Assembly: GCA_001724265.1 (NCBI GenBank)
Contig: MEDY01000099.1
Span: 1 to 64,000 of the forward strand
Source of the DNA: Rhizaria sp. SCN 62-66
Taxonomy: Eukaryota
Direction of reading: 5' to 3'
Length of the DNA: 64,000 nucleotides
Below the pieces are notes generated by a model that was not told where the DNA came from, did not search any database, and saw only the letters and a program-made list of their open reading frames with translations. How positions within the stretch are numbered: position 1 is the stretch's first letter; each line of letters starts with the position of its first letter. Of this stretch, positions 9,367-21,012 are shown piece by piece. The position numbers were made by a program, and so were the translations under genes.

Positions 9367-12300
9367 TCAGAAGCTGATGAGACTTTTGCCCTCGAACTCG
9401 GACCCGTCGGTGTCGTCCAGCGCAGAGTGCGCCGCGAACCCGCGCCGCGCGCCCACGGCCCCCGCTCCGGCCACGCCGGCCGCCGCGCCGCCCTTGCCAC
9501 CGCCACCGCTGGTCTTGCGCGGCGCTTCGGGGTCATCGAGGTCCAGCTCACCGTCACGCGCGAACGCCTGCGCAAGCTTTAAGTACCCACCCTTGCGGCC
9601 GCTAGATCCGGAGCCAGAGCCAGACCCCGCGGCGGCGGCGGCAGCGTCAGCGGCGGAGTCAGCCGCGCCTGCGGGACCCGCGCCGCCCGCGGCGAGCGTG
9701 AGCGTGATCTGCTGCTGGGCGTCTGCGCGAAGCACCGTGAGCGCCTTGCGCCAGGGGTCGCGCGGGGCGAGGCCGAGGAAGAAGCGGACGGCGTCGAGCG
9801 GGCGCGACGAGTACGGGTTGGCGAAGTCGCCCGCGTCGTCCTTGAGGTGCGGGTACCGCGCGGCATTCATCACCTCGTTCGTGGTGAGATTCGACAGCAC
9901 GAGCGGGATGTGGTACCGCAACATCGTCCCCGACAGGAAAATGTACGCTGTGCACGAGACGACCCACAGCGTGAACGGGATGTGCTGCAGCACGGCGTCG
10001 AACATGCGGAACCCGGGGTACGCGCAGCGCAGAAACAGCACCCACTGCGCCTGGAACAGCAGCACGAGCAGCGCCAGCCCCAGCAGCCAGAAGATGAACG
10101 CGCGGTAATTGCCGCCACCAACGCAGTTGTTGATGAACGGGCAGTGGTGGTCGAACCGGTACACGCACTTGCGGCACAGACGGCAGTGCTTTGACCGCAC
10201 AGGCCGCTCGATCTTGCACGTCACGCACAGCGAGTGGCCCTTGTCGTCGCCGGACTCGAGCACGGCGTTGTACCCCGCGCGCGCCGCGGCCCACGAGTCG
10301 CCGCGTGGGCCCATCACGGGCCGGTACGCCGCCAGCACGGGGAAATCGTGGCTGAAATCAGCCGAGTCCGACAGCGATGACAGCGCGTGCGACGCCGCTG
10401 ACGGCGCAGTCGCCGAACCAGAGCCAGAAGAAGATGACACAGAGGCGCCGTGCTCGATGGCGCAGTCGCGCGCAGCAGCGATGGACGCGGGTAGCATGGG
10501 GTCACCGCGGAAGCCGCGCGTGACGTACCCGGGATCGCCCCACACCGCGAGGCGCCACCAGAAGACGGACCATATCAGCGCAAAGTGAGTCAGCAGCACG
10601 GGGATCGCGCCCGTCGTCGGGTACGTGTGCAGCAGGATCTTGGTCACGTAGTGGTAGTACGAGAATGCGTACACGACGGCGCACCACAGCACGAGCGCGT
10701 TGGCCTGCACCTTGGTCGCGCCCTCCCAGACGATGCCGTAGAGCCCGCAGCACCGCCGTGAGCGCCGCAACGCCACGCCCGCGGCGTCGAGCAGCCGCGC
10801 CGTGTCGGCGAAGCGCTTGCGGTCGACGGCGTTCTTGGCCTTGGCGAGTTTGCCCTGCGCCAACTGCAGTGGTGTCGCGCCGGTCGAGTCGGGCTGCTCT
10901 AGCTGCAGCCGCACGGCGCGCGCCGCGGTGAGCCCGCGTGCAGAGACGGGCCGCGCAACGCCCTGCACGTGCACCTGGACCGACGAAGCACCCGCACCGG
11001 CGCCGGCGCCAGAGCCAGCGCCGGAGAGACCCGAGGTGGAGACAGGGGAGCCCATTCCGTCGATGTCGTCGTCGTCGTCCTCGGCGGCGTCAGCGGCGGC
11101 GGTGTCGGAGAACGTGTCCTCGAGCGCGCCCGCGCCGCCCGTCTCGAGCAGCGACTCTGCAACATCAGCGTGGCCACGAATCGCGGCCCAGTGAAGCGGG
11201 TACGCATCCTCTTTATCGCGCGCCCAAGCCGAGGCGCCGTGCGCGAGCAACCAGTCCGTGGCCAGCGCGTGCCCGCCGTACACGGTCCAGTGCAGCGGCG
11301 TCTTGAGATTCGCGTCGGGCGCGTCGACCGAGAGCCCACGGCGATGGAGCCAGTCGAGCATCGTCGTGTTGCCCTGTTGCGCGGCCTTATGCATCACAGT
11401 CATTCCGGACTTGTCGGCCGCGGTGAGAGCGGCGCCGGCGGCCAGAAGAGCCTGCACGGTGCGGATGTCGCCCTTATACGCAGCCCAGTGGAGCGGGGTC
11501 TCCTCTTTCTGGTTCGTCGCGTGCACGTTCGCCCTGTGAGTGCATGTAATGGCAAACAAAAAAAGGATACAATGAGAAAATGTGTGGTCATATCACTGAT
11601 ATGAGGAATAAAACAACGTTACTTCGAAAAATCAACAAGTATTTTAAAGTGTTGTCAATATTTCACGCTAAATCGCGGAATAAAGAAAGGATTCTAGGGT
11701 ATCGTACCTGGCGTTGAGGAGGACGTCGACCATGTCCTTGCGCGATTGCATCGCGGCCCAGTGCAGCGGCGTCGCCCCCGTGGTATCCTGTTCACTCGCA
11801 TCTAGCCCCTTGGCCGCGCGCTGTGCGAGCGCGGCCTGGAGCTCGGCCACATCGCCGCGGCGCACGGGCCCGCACAGCGTCGCGTCCTGCTGCACTTGCG
11901 CGGCGAGCGCCTGGAGTTCGTGGTATTCAGCAGTGCGGCGTGCCGAGTGCTCGACAATCTGCGCGTCGACAGGGCACGCAACGCCTGCCGCGTGGGGCTC
12001 CTTGCAGTAGCCCTTGCGGTGCGCGAGCGAGGTCCAGAACAGCGGGTCGCGGATCGCGCGCGACGGGTCTTCGCCCGCCAGCACGTCCCAGTCATCGGCG
12101 TCGAAGAGCGCGGCGAGGCGGTCCGACCACAGACCCTGGGACTCGAGCGTCTTGCGGCGGAGCTCCTTGAGGTTCTGACGCAGCTCACGGAGCTTCTCGG
12201 CCTGCTCCTGCTGGCTGCGCTCGTAGTCGCGGATCTCCTGCGGGGAGAGCTTGGCCATGACGGCGACGGGGCGACCGGTCTCTTTGTCGACGTCCATCAC

Positions 12301-12585
12301 CACGACGCTGCGCTTCACGTTGTTGTGCGCCGCGGAGAGCGCCGCGGCAGTCATCCCAGCGCTGCCAGCGGAGTGCATGGCAGCGGCGCCGGCGCCGGCG
12401 TGTCCCGCGGCCGCGCCGGCGCCCGAGAGCGGAGGCACGGCTGAGGTGGCGAGTATCGTAGGGGTGAGGCCCGCACGGTCAGTGATTTCGTCAATCGTGA
12501 CCTCGTTGGCCTCAAGGGCGAGCAGGTTGCGCTCGAAGTCTAGGAGTTCCTCGTCCGCGGACGCCAGCAAGTTCTGCTGCGACAT
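9367..12585 (-). CDS. AKR1: Ankyrin-repeat DHHC palmitoyltransferase (Akr1/ZDHHC13-17/TIP1 type); exons 12585-11708 and 11533-9367, ~1014 aa
   Basis: Repeated TPLHWAA ankyrin motifs, hydrophobic TM segments, and CVTC..RSKHCRLCRKCVYRFDHHCPFINNCVG plus the TTNE motif. Splicing restores LLNAR|ANVHATNQKEETPLHW in frame. Ends TGA. Start codon is inferred. Confidence 0.92.
11534..11707 (-). other. Spliceosomal intron (174 nt) in DHHC gene
   Basis: CAG|GTACGA donor, AT-rich body with stops, CACAG| acceptor; removal joins two ankyrin repeats in frame. Confidence 0.9.
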
Positions 12586-13425
12586 CAGCGACAACGGTAC
12601 TGCTGCGGGCGGGGCGCGCTCAAACAGAGATGGAGAACGTGACAAAAGCTCAGTCCCGGAGTAGGGGGTATCGGCAGGAGCACTGGGGTCGTAAAAGAAG
12701 CGTAGTTCAAACAAGAAAAATGAAAATAGAAACAATGAGTTCAGTTAACATCCATAATTCCTGTTATGTCTTGCCATAACGATGATAATCAAACTGTTTC
12801 GGTCGTAATCGTTCGCTTCCAAATCAGCAAGAATCGATCGTGGCCTTGTGGACTCAAAAATTGGCTGACCGACCGAACCGACCGACCTGCGGCTTGAGTT
12901 TGGTCAAGAGCTCGGGTGTGTTTAAAAAAGGTGCTTATTACTCGATGGAAACACCGTGTAGCGAGGAATTTGTGTTGAAAATGATGAGAATGTGAGTAAT
13001 CACAACTTATCACGTTGTTTTATCGCTGCTACAAACGGCTTCCATGGAGTACTCGTTGTGACAAAAGATTCGAGGCCAGCTCCAACGGTCATATGGACAG
13101 TTTTTCTTGCCGATCTAATTGTTCCATGTACACACATTTATCCAGGTGTGCACTCTGCTTCTCAGTTTCTATAGATAGTTCATATAACATATTGCGGTCA
13201 GAGCTTGCGCAAGCACGTTCTAGCCTGTTTTCAATCTTGGGGTATCAAACCCACCAGCTCAACTCGGCCCTCGCATCACTCCACTCTGACACTCTTCTCC
13301 GCGCCCCACCGTTACCTGTTGGTCCTTGGCCGATTTTTGTTTTTGCACAGACTCTTTCCGTTTGGACACATTCATCACACACTGTTTTTTAGAAGCCGGT
13401 TGCGCTTTTGTGTGTCTTTACCCGG

Positions 13426-15884
13426 ATGGACTATCCAACGGCTAACTCTGCTCGCTCAGCCGACGCCTCGGCCACCGAGGCCAATGAGAACGCTGTTTTC
13501 GTGCCTACGTCCCAAAACAGCCTCCCCGTGAAGGACTCTGACGATGCGCCTCAGAGCACACGCCGCAGCGCGCGCGGCGCTCTCCGCACGCTTCCCAGCA
13601 ACGCTTCCAACGCTGCTGCCGCCGCCGCCGCTGCCGCCGCCGCCGACGGCTCCAACTCGTCCTCCGCCTCGGCATCATCCTCAGACAACGACGCGCGCGT
13701 CCCAGCGCGCCGCCCGCAGCGCTCCGGCTCGCGCCACAGCGCGGACGCAAGCGGGGAGAACGCTGCGCCCCCTAGTCGCCGCACTTCCGGTGCCAAGCGA
13801 TACTCAGACGTCGCACTGGGGCCCGTGCCCGCCCCCGTGGCATCCTCCGCGGCCGACAACGTCGTCTCTTCCTCGTCCTCGTCCTCAGACAGCGCGCAGG
13901 AGGTGGCCGAGGCGACCGCGCACGCCGGCGCAGGTGTGAAGCGCGCGCGCCTGTCGACGTCGAGCACGTGCGAAGACACTGACGAACTCAACATCTCGCT
14001 CGGCTTCACCGTCAACAACGACAACGACAAATACGACAGCGCTAGCAGCGCAGACGTAAACGACGCCCACGCTCCCGCTCGCGCCGCCGTCAACCACGAC
14101 GGCAGCGACGCGGCTCACAGCCACAGTCTCGGCCACATTCACAGTAATGCTGCTATGGCCGCGTCGGCCCCGACAGTGGTCTGTGTGAACTCTGCGCCCC
14201 CGGTCGCTCCCGTCCCGCCCCAGCCCCCCGTTGCGATCGCCGCCCCCGTTGAGCGTGCCCCCGTTGCGGCGCCCGCGCCCGTGCCAGCGCACGTCCAGCA
14301 GATTCAGCAGATGCAGCCGCAGCCTCAGCCGGTTCAGCCTCAGCCTCAGCCTCAGCCTCAGCAGGCGCAGGCGCAGGCGCAGCCTCAGCCTCAGGGCCAG
14401 GGCCCGTTCAGCGCGCTGGTCGCCCGCCTCGCCCAGTCGATGGACCCCATTTCGGCGTCGAGCCTCTCCGCAGTCTCCACCTCGGTCTCCGCGCTCGCTG
14501 GCTCGCTGGCGACGCTGCTGCCGACGCTCCAGGCGCTCGCAGGCACCGCCGGCGACGACGACGCGCGCGCCGCCGCCGCGCGCTTGCTCACGGCGCTCGC
14601 CGCGCAGCTCGCGACATTCACCGCCGCCGCCGCCGCTGGCGCTGCACCCGCCGCCGCCGCGCCCGCCGCCGCCGCCGCGCCCGCGGGGATGAACCCCAAC
14701 AACAACAACAATGTGGCGCCTCCCGCAGCGGTCAACCCCAGTGACGCCAACGGCAACCCGTTTGCCGAGAACGAGGCACGCGAGGTCTGCGCTCAGGTAC
14801 GACCACTAAAAAAAAAAAAAAAGTGATATTCTCATCTTATTTATTGTGCTTTCAAGATGTCTTTGCAAACACAACCAAAACGTAATCTCACAATACTACT
14901 TTGCCCCTCCGCACACTTGGTCCAACCTGATAGGACGCGCTCCACATGGCGTCTGCCTCTGCGGCCGGCGCGGACCGCGTCGCAGCCCCGCAGTCGGCCG
15001 TTGAGATGCTGTACGCGCGCGAGCTTGCGTATCCGGTGCAGGACTACATCCAGATCCAGCCGCAGATCACGACGAGCATGCGCGCCGTGCTGGTCGACTG
15101 GATGCGCGAGGTCGGCGTTGAGCACCGCGTCAACGTCGAGACGTACTTCATCTCAGTGCGTCTGCTCGACCGCATGCTCGCCATCGTGCCCGTGCCGCGC
15201 AAGGAGCTCCAGCTCGTCGGCGCGGCGTGCCTGCTGCTCGCGGCGAAGCTTGAGGAGGTGCACCCGCTGCCCATCCGCGGCTTCGAAGTGCTCTGCGACC
15301 ACTTGTACACGCGCGCCCAGTTCATCACGATGGAGACGGTGATCATGCGCAAGCTCAACTTCAAGTGTCACTCGCCCACAATGGCGACGTACGCCGTCGA
15401 GCTGCTCAATCTCATCGACGCGCCGTCCGCCGTGCGCTTTGCCGTCGAGTATGCGCTCTTCCTCGTCGCCGTCGACTACAACGTCGCGCTTCTCCCGGTC
15501 GCCGCCGCCGCCGCCGCGACGGTGCTGCTCGCGCTCGACGCCGTGCCGAACCCCGACGACACGCGCCCACTTGCCGTGGCGCTCATCCGCGCGCTGCCGC
15601 ACGCTGTGCGCGCCGCCGTGCCGCACGCTGCGGCGACCGTGGCCACGCCGTGGGCGCGCGTGCATACCGCCGCCAAGACACATGTCCGTGACGCCGAGGC
15701 CGCGGCCTCGGCGGGCGAGCAGGTGAACCTGCGCGACGTGCCGCAGTGCCGGTCCGCGTACGTGCGCTACGCAGCGCCCGAGCGCGGCGGGATTGCGCCC
15801 GTGCTTGCGCTGCCTCCGCAGGAGCTGCGCGCGGATGTCCTCGCGCTGTTGCGGGACCTGCCGTACCAGCCCTCGCGCCATTGA
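13426..15884 (+). CDS. A/B-type (mitotic) cyclin; exons 13426-14796 and 14934-15884, ~773 aa
   Basis: Cyclin box MRAVLVDWMREV..ETYFISVRLLDR..LQLVGAACLLLAAKLEE..METVIMRKLNF; destruction-box-like RGALRTLPSN at 13573-13602; a phase-0 intron joins EVCAQ|DALHMAS. Ends TGA. Confidence 0.9.
14797..14933 (+). other. Spliceosomal intron (137 nt) in cyclin gene
   Basis: CAG|GTACGA donor, AT-rich body with a poly-A run, GATAG| acceptor; in-frame join. Confidence 0.85.
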
Positions 15885-16903
15885 ACGGCGCTGCGGATTG
15901 AAGCCGCATGCATTTGGCGTCCGTCTCGGTGAAAGATCACTCGATATGATGTGAGTTGACTTGATGCGAGGCGGTGCTCTGCAATTTGACGCAAAAGAAT
16001 GGCAACATAATGCGATTTGTGGGGACAACAGTTCGGTGCCATTTTATGCCTACGGATGATTGAATCTGTGCATGATGCTGATGCTGCTGCTGGCTGTCCA
16101 CGTTGATGCGCTTCTTGTTGTTGCGCGTGTTTGCTGTTGACACTTGTTAAAGATTCTGCTTTTTCAAACATCTTTCTTTGGTTATATACTGTTTGCGCTG
16201 CTGTGCTCTTGATTTGTTTTGCGTTGTGTTACCGCTGTGTGATTGTTCTTGGTTCTATTGAGCAAGTTAGGTCTTGGCTTTACATGAAACAAGTTCCCGC
16301 AGTAGCACGACACCGTTGTTATCGTCTGTCTCACTATTCATAGGCAGTTGATCGCACAAATAATCAGCTACAGTGCAACGCCCTCGTCTCCCCTTCTGTT
16401 TCACAAACATATTACAATGACGATGTCTGCGACGCTCGTGGACTTTAGTCTGATGTGGCCAATTTTTCATTTTTTTGCTTTTCCTTGTTCATTTGATTGG
16501 TTCTTTTTAATAGTTTTTGATGTAGTTGTTCCAGCAGTAATACTTTGTATCGATAAAGACCACTGTTACTTTAATCATTGTTCAGGAGTAAAAAATACAC
16601 GTGTCTTCTTCGAAAATGGCTCGTCATATTTCACGATTGCGTTTAGATTGCGTTCGCTCAGAAACAATCAAAAACTCTGATAAAGCAGTTTACTAGTGTA
16701 TTTATGAGTAACAGCAACAATATTTAAAATTGAATTCGCTTTCCAAAGCAAGCAATGGCCCAATTTTGACTTCCTTTCCTTCCACGCATCACAACGCATC
16801 ACGAACGCCTCACATCGTTCTCACTCAGTCATTGCGCGCGCAGCTCTGGATAACACGGCGTGGCGCGGCCAGCCTCATGTTTACCGTCACATGTGTGGCG
16901 CGC

Positions 16904-19900
16904 TCAGCCGAGAGCAAAGCGCTCAAGGATGCCAGTGGTCTCCGCAAGGTCAAGCTGAACCTTCTTACGCCGGTAAAAGATGGGGCAATCGCGCGACGCG
17001 CACAGCACTTCCTGGTGCACCGAACCCTGGCAGCGCTGGCACTGAGACCAGAGCTTCGCGAACACCTCCTCGTTGTCTTGATGCGCCTCGAGCCGCGAGA
17101 TGTAGAACTCTGCGCGGCGCGGCTCGCACTTGACGCACAACGAGCGGCGCCCCGTGGGCAGCGAGCAGCGGCACCCGATGCACGTCTCGGTCTTTTTTGC
17201 GAACTGCATGATGCCGCCGCCGTTGGCAGCACCCGTGGTGACCTTGACCTTGAGCGTGTGGTCGCCGGAGAAGAGGTCGCTGGCAGCCTTCTCGCCCAGA
17301 ATCGGCTCGAACAGACGCAGCAGCGGCTTTTTGAGCTGGTTCTCGATGTAGTAATCCGTGTCGATCGGCAGGTCGTTTTCCAGCACCCAAATTGGGTCCT
17401 CGGACTTCTCGTAGTTCGGGGCACCCTTGGCCGCCTTGATGATAACGAACGGAACACGGTCACCGACAGCGGGCGCGGACGCGGGGTCACGCTTGCGCAT
17501 GCGCTCGGCGAGCTCGACGTGCGCCTAAAGAGTGAAAGCGACCAAAACAATTTCAATTCGAGGAGAGAAAATGAGAATAAATTGATGATCATTGCGATAT
17601 GAAGATAAAAACACATATAAATAAAGTTGATAGTTGATAAATATATCGATATCACACGTACCTGCTTGGCGTCGTAGTCATCCGCGGAAGCGCCCTTACC
17701 GAGAGACTTTGAGATAACGAGCAACGACAGGTCCATCTTGTTGCAGAGCAGGTCCGAAATAACACGCTTGACGTGCGCGACGGCCAAGTCTGGCGAGCGG
17801 CGCACGAGAATCATGTCAAGACATTCGGAAAAAAGCTTCTTGACAAGTCCGCAGTTGTCGCGACGCACCGTCTCGATACCCTTGGCGTCAATCTTGTCCC
17901 ACTTGTTGGGGTTCGTCCAGTACAGACCGGCGTAACGCTTCCGGTTAAGCAGCAGATACGGCCAGTAGACCTTCTCGAACTCGAGCCGGATGGGTGAAAT
18001 GAACTCCTTGGACACGAGGCCAGCAGCTTCGACACCGAGACGCATCGCTTCTTTGATGTCTTCAGTGCCGAACTTGACCATGACGGAGTCAGTATCACCG
18101 TAGATAACCACAGCATCGTGCTCGTACCCGTTGGCCTTGGTGTAGATCTTCTCGACCGTGTTCTTGGTGTGCTCAATCATCTCACGGCCGTAGCCGGTGA
18201 CCGAGGACGAGATGGCCAGACACGGCAACTGGCCCACCTGTGCACCGGTAAAGCCGTACACGGAGTTGGCAGAGATCTTGAGCGCGAGCTGACGGCCGTT
18301 CAGCACGGCCTTGGTGAACGGGTCCTTGGCGGACGCCATTTCCTTACGCGCAGCCTTACGCGCCGAGAGCAGTTCCTCCAGAATCTCGGGCAACACGCCA
18401 CGCGCGACCTTTTGGTTGACGAACCAGTCGCCGTTTGGCGTACGGTGTGCATCGCCCGCGGGCATCTTGGCGGCGTCGGCGGACGACACCATCGTCGTGT
18501 AACACAGGTTATGCGCCATCATGATCGACGGATACAGCGATGCGAAATCAAGTGTGGCGATGGGCGTCGAGTAGTAGCCCTGCTTCGGGTCGAGCACTGT
18601 TGCGCCTTCGTAGTTGTCGTCATTGCCGCCCTTCTTGACGACGGGCACAATGAGGTCGTGCTGCTTCGCCTTGCGCAGAATCTGCGAGATAACCTTGATC
18701 GACTGGCCACGCGTCAGTAAATACATCAGCGGCACGCCCGTCACACGCGCCATCTCGACGTAGTTGACGAGGAACATGAGCTTCTGCATCAGCCGCAGCG
18801 GCAGCACAGCGTCCTTGAGACAATACACAGCCAGACGCTTACGCGTCTCATCCGTGCCGTTCTGCAAGTCTGTGATGATCGAGTGGTGCACGTCTTCCTT
18901 CTGCTGCTTCAGGAACTCGGCCGACACGGCGTTAAGCGAGTACGAGCGCAGGTTGTACTCGCGCCGAAGCGCCACGAGCACGTCGAACTGGATGCGGCCT
19001 TCCATGTTGGTTTCTTTGTTCTCCTGCTTGCCCAGCGCGCCTGAGGAGAACGTGGTGTTGCGGACCGTGCTCTCCAGGTCCTTGATGCGCGTAAACTGCG
19101 CAAACCGCGCGCCTAGCTTGAGCGTCTTGGCGCGGTCAATCAGATACGGCATATCGAAGTTGACCATGTTATATCCGGTGATGACGTCGGGGTCGACGTC
19201 GCGGAAGTGGTCTGACCACGCCTGCAGCATCTCGGGCTCCGTCATCCGCGACACGATCTCCGCGCCCGCAATCGAAGCGCACGTGTTGAGCGTGTGCACG
19301 CACTTGTGCAGCGGTTTGTTGAGGTTCTCAGACAGCGCCACCACCGACGCGATCTGGATCACCGAGTCCTGGTCCGGCGTGGGGAAGAACCCACGGCGGC
19401 CGGCGCACTCGATATCGTACGACAGCACGCGCAGCGGCGCCATCTTAAGCCAGCGGCCCGCGGACTCGTGCGCTATGATGTGGCGCGCGTCGATGTCGAC
19501 CTCGAGCTGGCACGTGGTGAGTTTCGTGTTCTCGGCGCCGCGCACGGCGTAGGCGCGACCCGGCGCCTCGACCCAAGACCCGCCCGCCGTGGAGATGTCG
19601 ATCATGTACCGCAGCACGAACGTCTTGTCCGAGCTCACGTTGGACTCGTAGGTCGTGAAGGCCTGCGTCTGCCCGTTGCCGATCGGCACGCCCTGGCCGA
19701 GCAGACGCACCGCGCTCGGCACCAGAGTTGGCAGAGCGAGGATGATCTTGATGAAATCACTGTTTTCGCGGTGGAAGCCCCAGATAGACTTCTTGCGGAC
19801 AACCTCGACGCCGAGGATGGCTGAAGTGATCCCGCGCTCACGCGAGTCTGTCAACACGCGCTGGTTGAGCGCGTCCTTGAACTCCTGCAAACTAGCAACG

Positions 19901-20588
19901 GTGAGGCCGCGCCACGCGGGCACGTAGAAGTACGGAAGGAAGTTGTGCACGTGCATGGCAACCGAGTTACCGTGCTCAGTGACGCCGAAAAGGCGGATCA
20001 CCGCGCGGCGCTGCTTGCGCGACTCGGCGATGGCCTCCTCCATTACCTTGCTGACCTGGTGGACGTGGTCCGGACGCATGGGGCCGGCGGAAGTCGCGGG
20101 CACGCCGTCCTCAAACACGGCCGCGGGGTCCGCGCAGTCCGTCGGCGCGGGCTTGGCCGAGAGCTTGATGGCCGGCAGCGCGACAGGGTTCGCGGCGAAG
20201 TCGGAGACATAGTAGTCAGCCTCGATTTGCTGCATTGCAACGTAGGTCGTGTCGGAGCTGAACGGCAGCAACGGCGGGCGGCGCCAGTCCGCGACGATGG
20301 CCTCCTCTGTTGTTTTTGAGAGTTATAAGCAAAAGAAAGGGGAAAACGCAGGGATAATGATAAGAGCTCTGTTGTGCAAGGTTTGATGACGCTAGACAGA
20401 GAGACGGAAAGAACTGGGGGTGGCGCGGGGAAAAAAGTGTCGAGGCGGGGGAACGGACCTTCAGCATCCTCTTCGGTGTTCTGGAGCTTGTTGCGCTTCA
20501 ACTTAGGAACCGCAACAGTTGCGAGATTGGGCCGCTCAGCGGGCGCAGTCTCAACAGGCCGTTTAACCTGACTTGGCGTCGACGACAT
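16904..20588 (-). CDS. POLD1: DNA polymerase delta catalytic subunit; exons 20588-20459, 20306-17662, 17524-16904, ~1131 aa
   Basis: ExoI SYDIEC, ExoII GYNMVNFD, ExoIII YCLKDA, LDFASLYPS, KISANSVYG, YGDTDS, KGIETVRRD, KQ|AHVELAERMRKRDP across the intron, and C-terminal CysA (CIGC..CVKC) and CysB (CQRC..CASRDC). Ends TGA. Confidence 0.97.
17525..17661 (-). other. Spliceosomal intron 2 (137 nt) of POLD1
   Basis: CAG|GTACGT donor, TTTAG| acceptor, AT-rich; removal restores the conserved KQAHVELA. Confidence 0.95.
20307..20458 (-). other. Spliceosomal intron 1 (152 nt) of POLD1
   Basis: AAG|GTCCGT donor, AACAG| acceptor; join gives EDAEEEAIVADWRRPPL in frame with exon 2. Confidence 0.8.
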
Positions 20589-20781
20589 GTTCTGCAAAGA
20601 GCGCGGGAAAAAGCAAGGGCAAGTACGAATGAAAAGAAGGTCGATTGATAATAAAATAGGGTGTCTTGAGAAAAATCTCAATAGATATGTAAATCTACAT
20701 TATATAAATATCGAATGGCACCATTTATAACCTGTTACATCGAGTAAACAAACGAGGATATAAACTTCACATCGTCCCAGA

Positions 20782-20790
20782 TTTGGCGCG
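20782..20790 (+). promoter_or_regulatory. Candidate E2F-type site TTTGGCGCG in the POLD1 / RS-protein divergent promoter
   Basis: Exact match to the TTTSSCGC consensus in an otherwise AT-rich 424-bp spacer upstream of a replication gene. The motif is short and could be chance. Confidence 0.4.
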
Positions 20791-21012
20791 CAGGAGCCAG
20801 AGCTGGATGACTGTGCGCAGAGAGAGCACATAAATAACCCTCTGAAAGTAGCATTCTTGATCGTCAATTATGATAATACAACATGCTCTGTTATAACTCT
20901 CTTATTTTGGACTTATACCTGATATTATTTTTCCTCTATCTTTCCTCAAGGCCTTAGGCTCAACACGTTCATTTCGACCGCTCTCACTGAGCCCGAACGC
21001 CTCCGGGTGAGC

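Noticed and set aside
12866-12887. GACC-type short repeat in the DHHC/cyclin spacer
   Set aside because: Too short and degenerate to support a functional call; it overlaps a candidate splice donor.
16904-16906. POLD1 terminal TGA read as Trp, since many POLD1 proteins end in Trp
   Set aside because: Conserved Trp residues use TGG (e.g. cyclin DWM), no internal TGA was found, and TGA ends six genes, several directly before AT-rich UTRs.
16825-20271. 1148-aa track ORF as the POLD1 protein
   Set aside because: It reads through intron 2 into the wrong frame and lacks exon 1; the spliced model restores conserved motifs.
16904-20588. Family B polymerase as a sign of a Polinton or giant-virus insertion
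   Set aside because: It has host-type introns and Pol delta CysA/CysB motifs, with no integrase, capsid or terminal repeats nearby.
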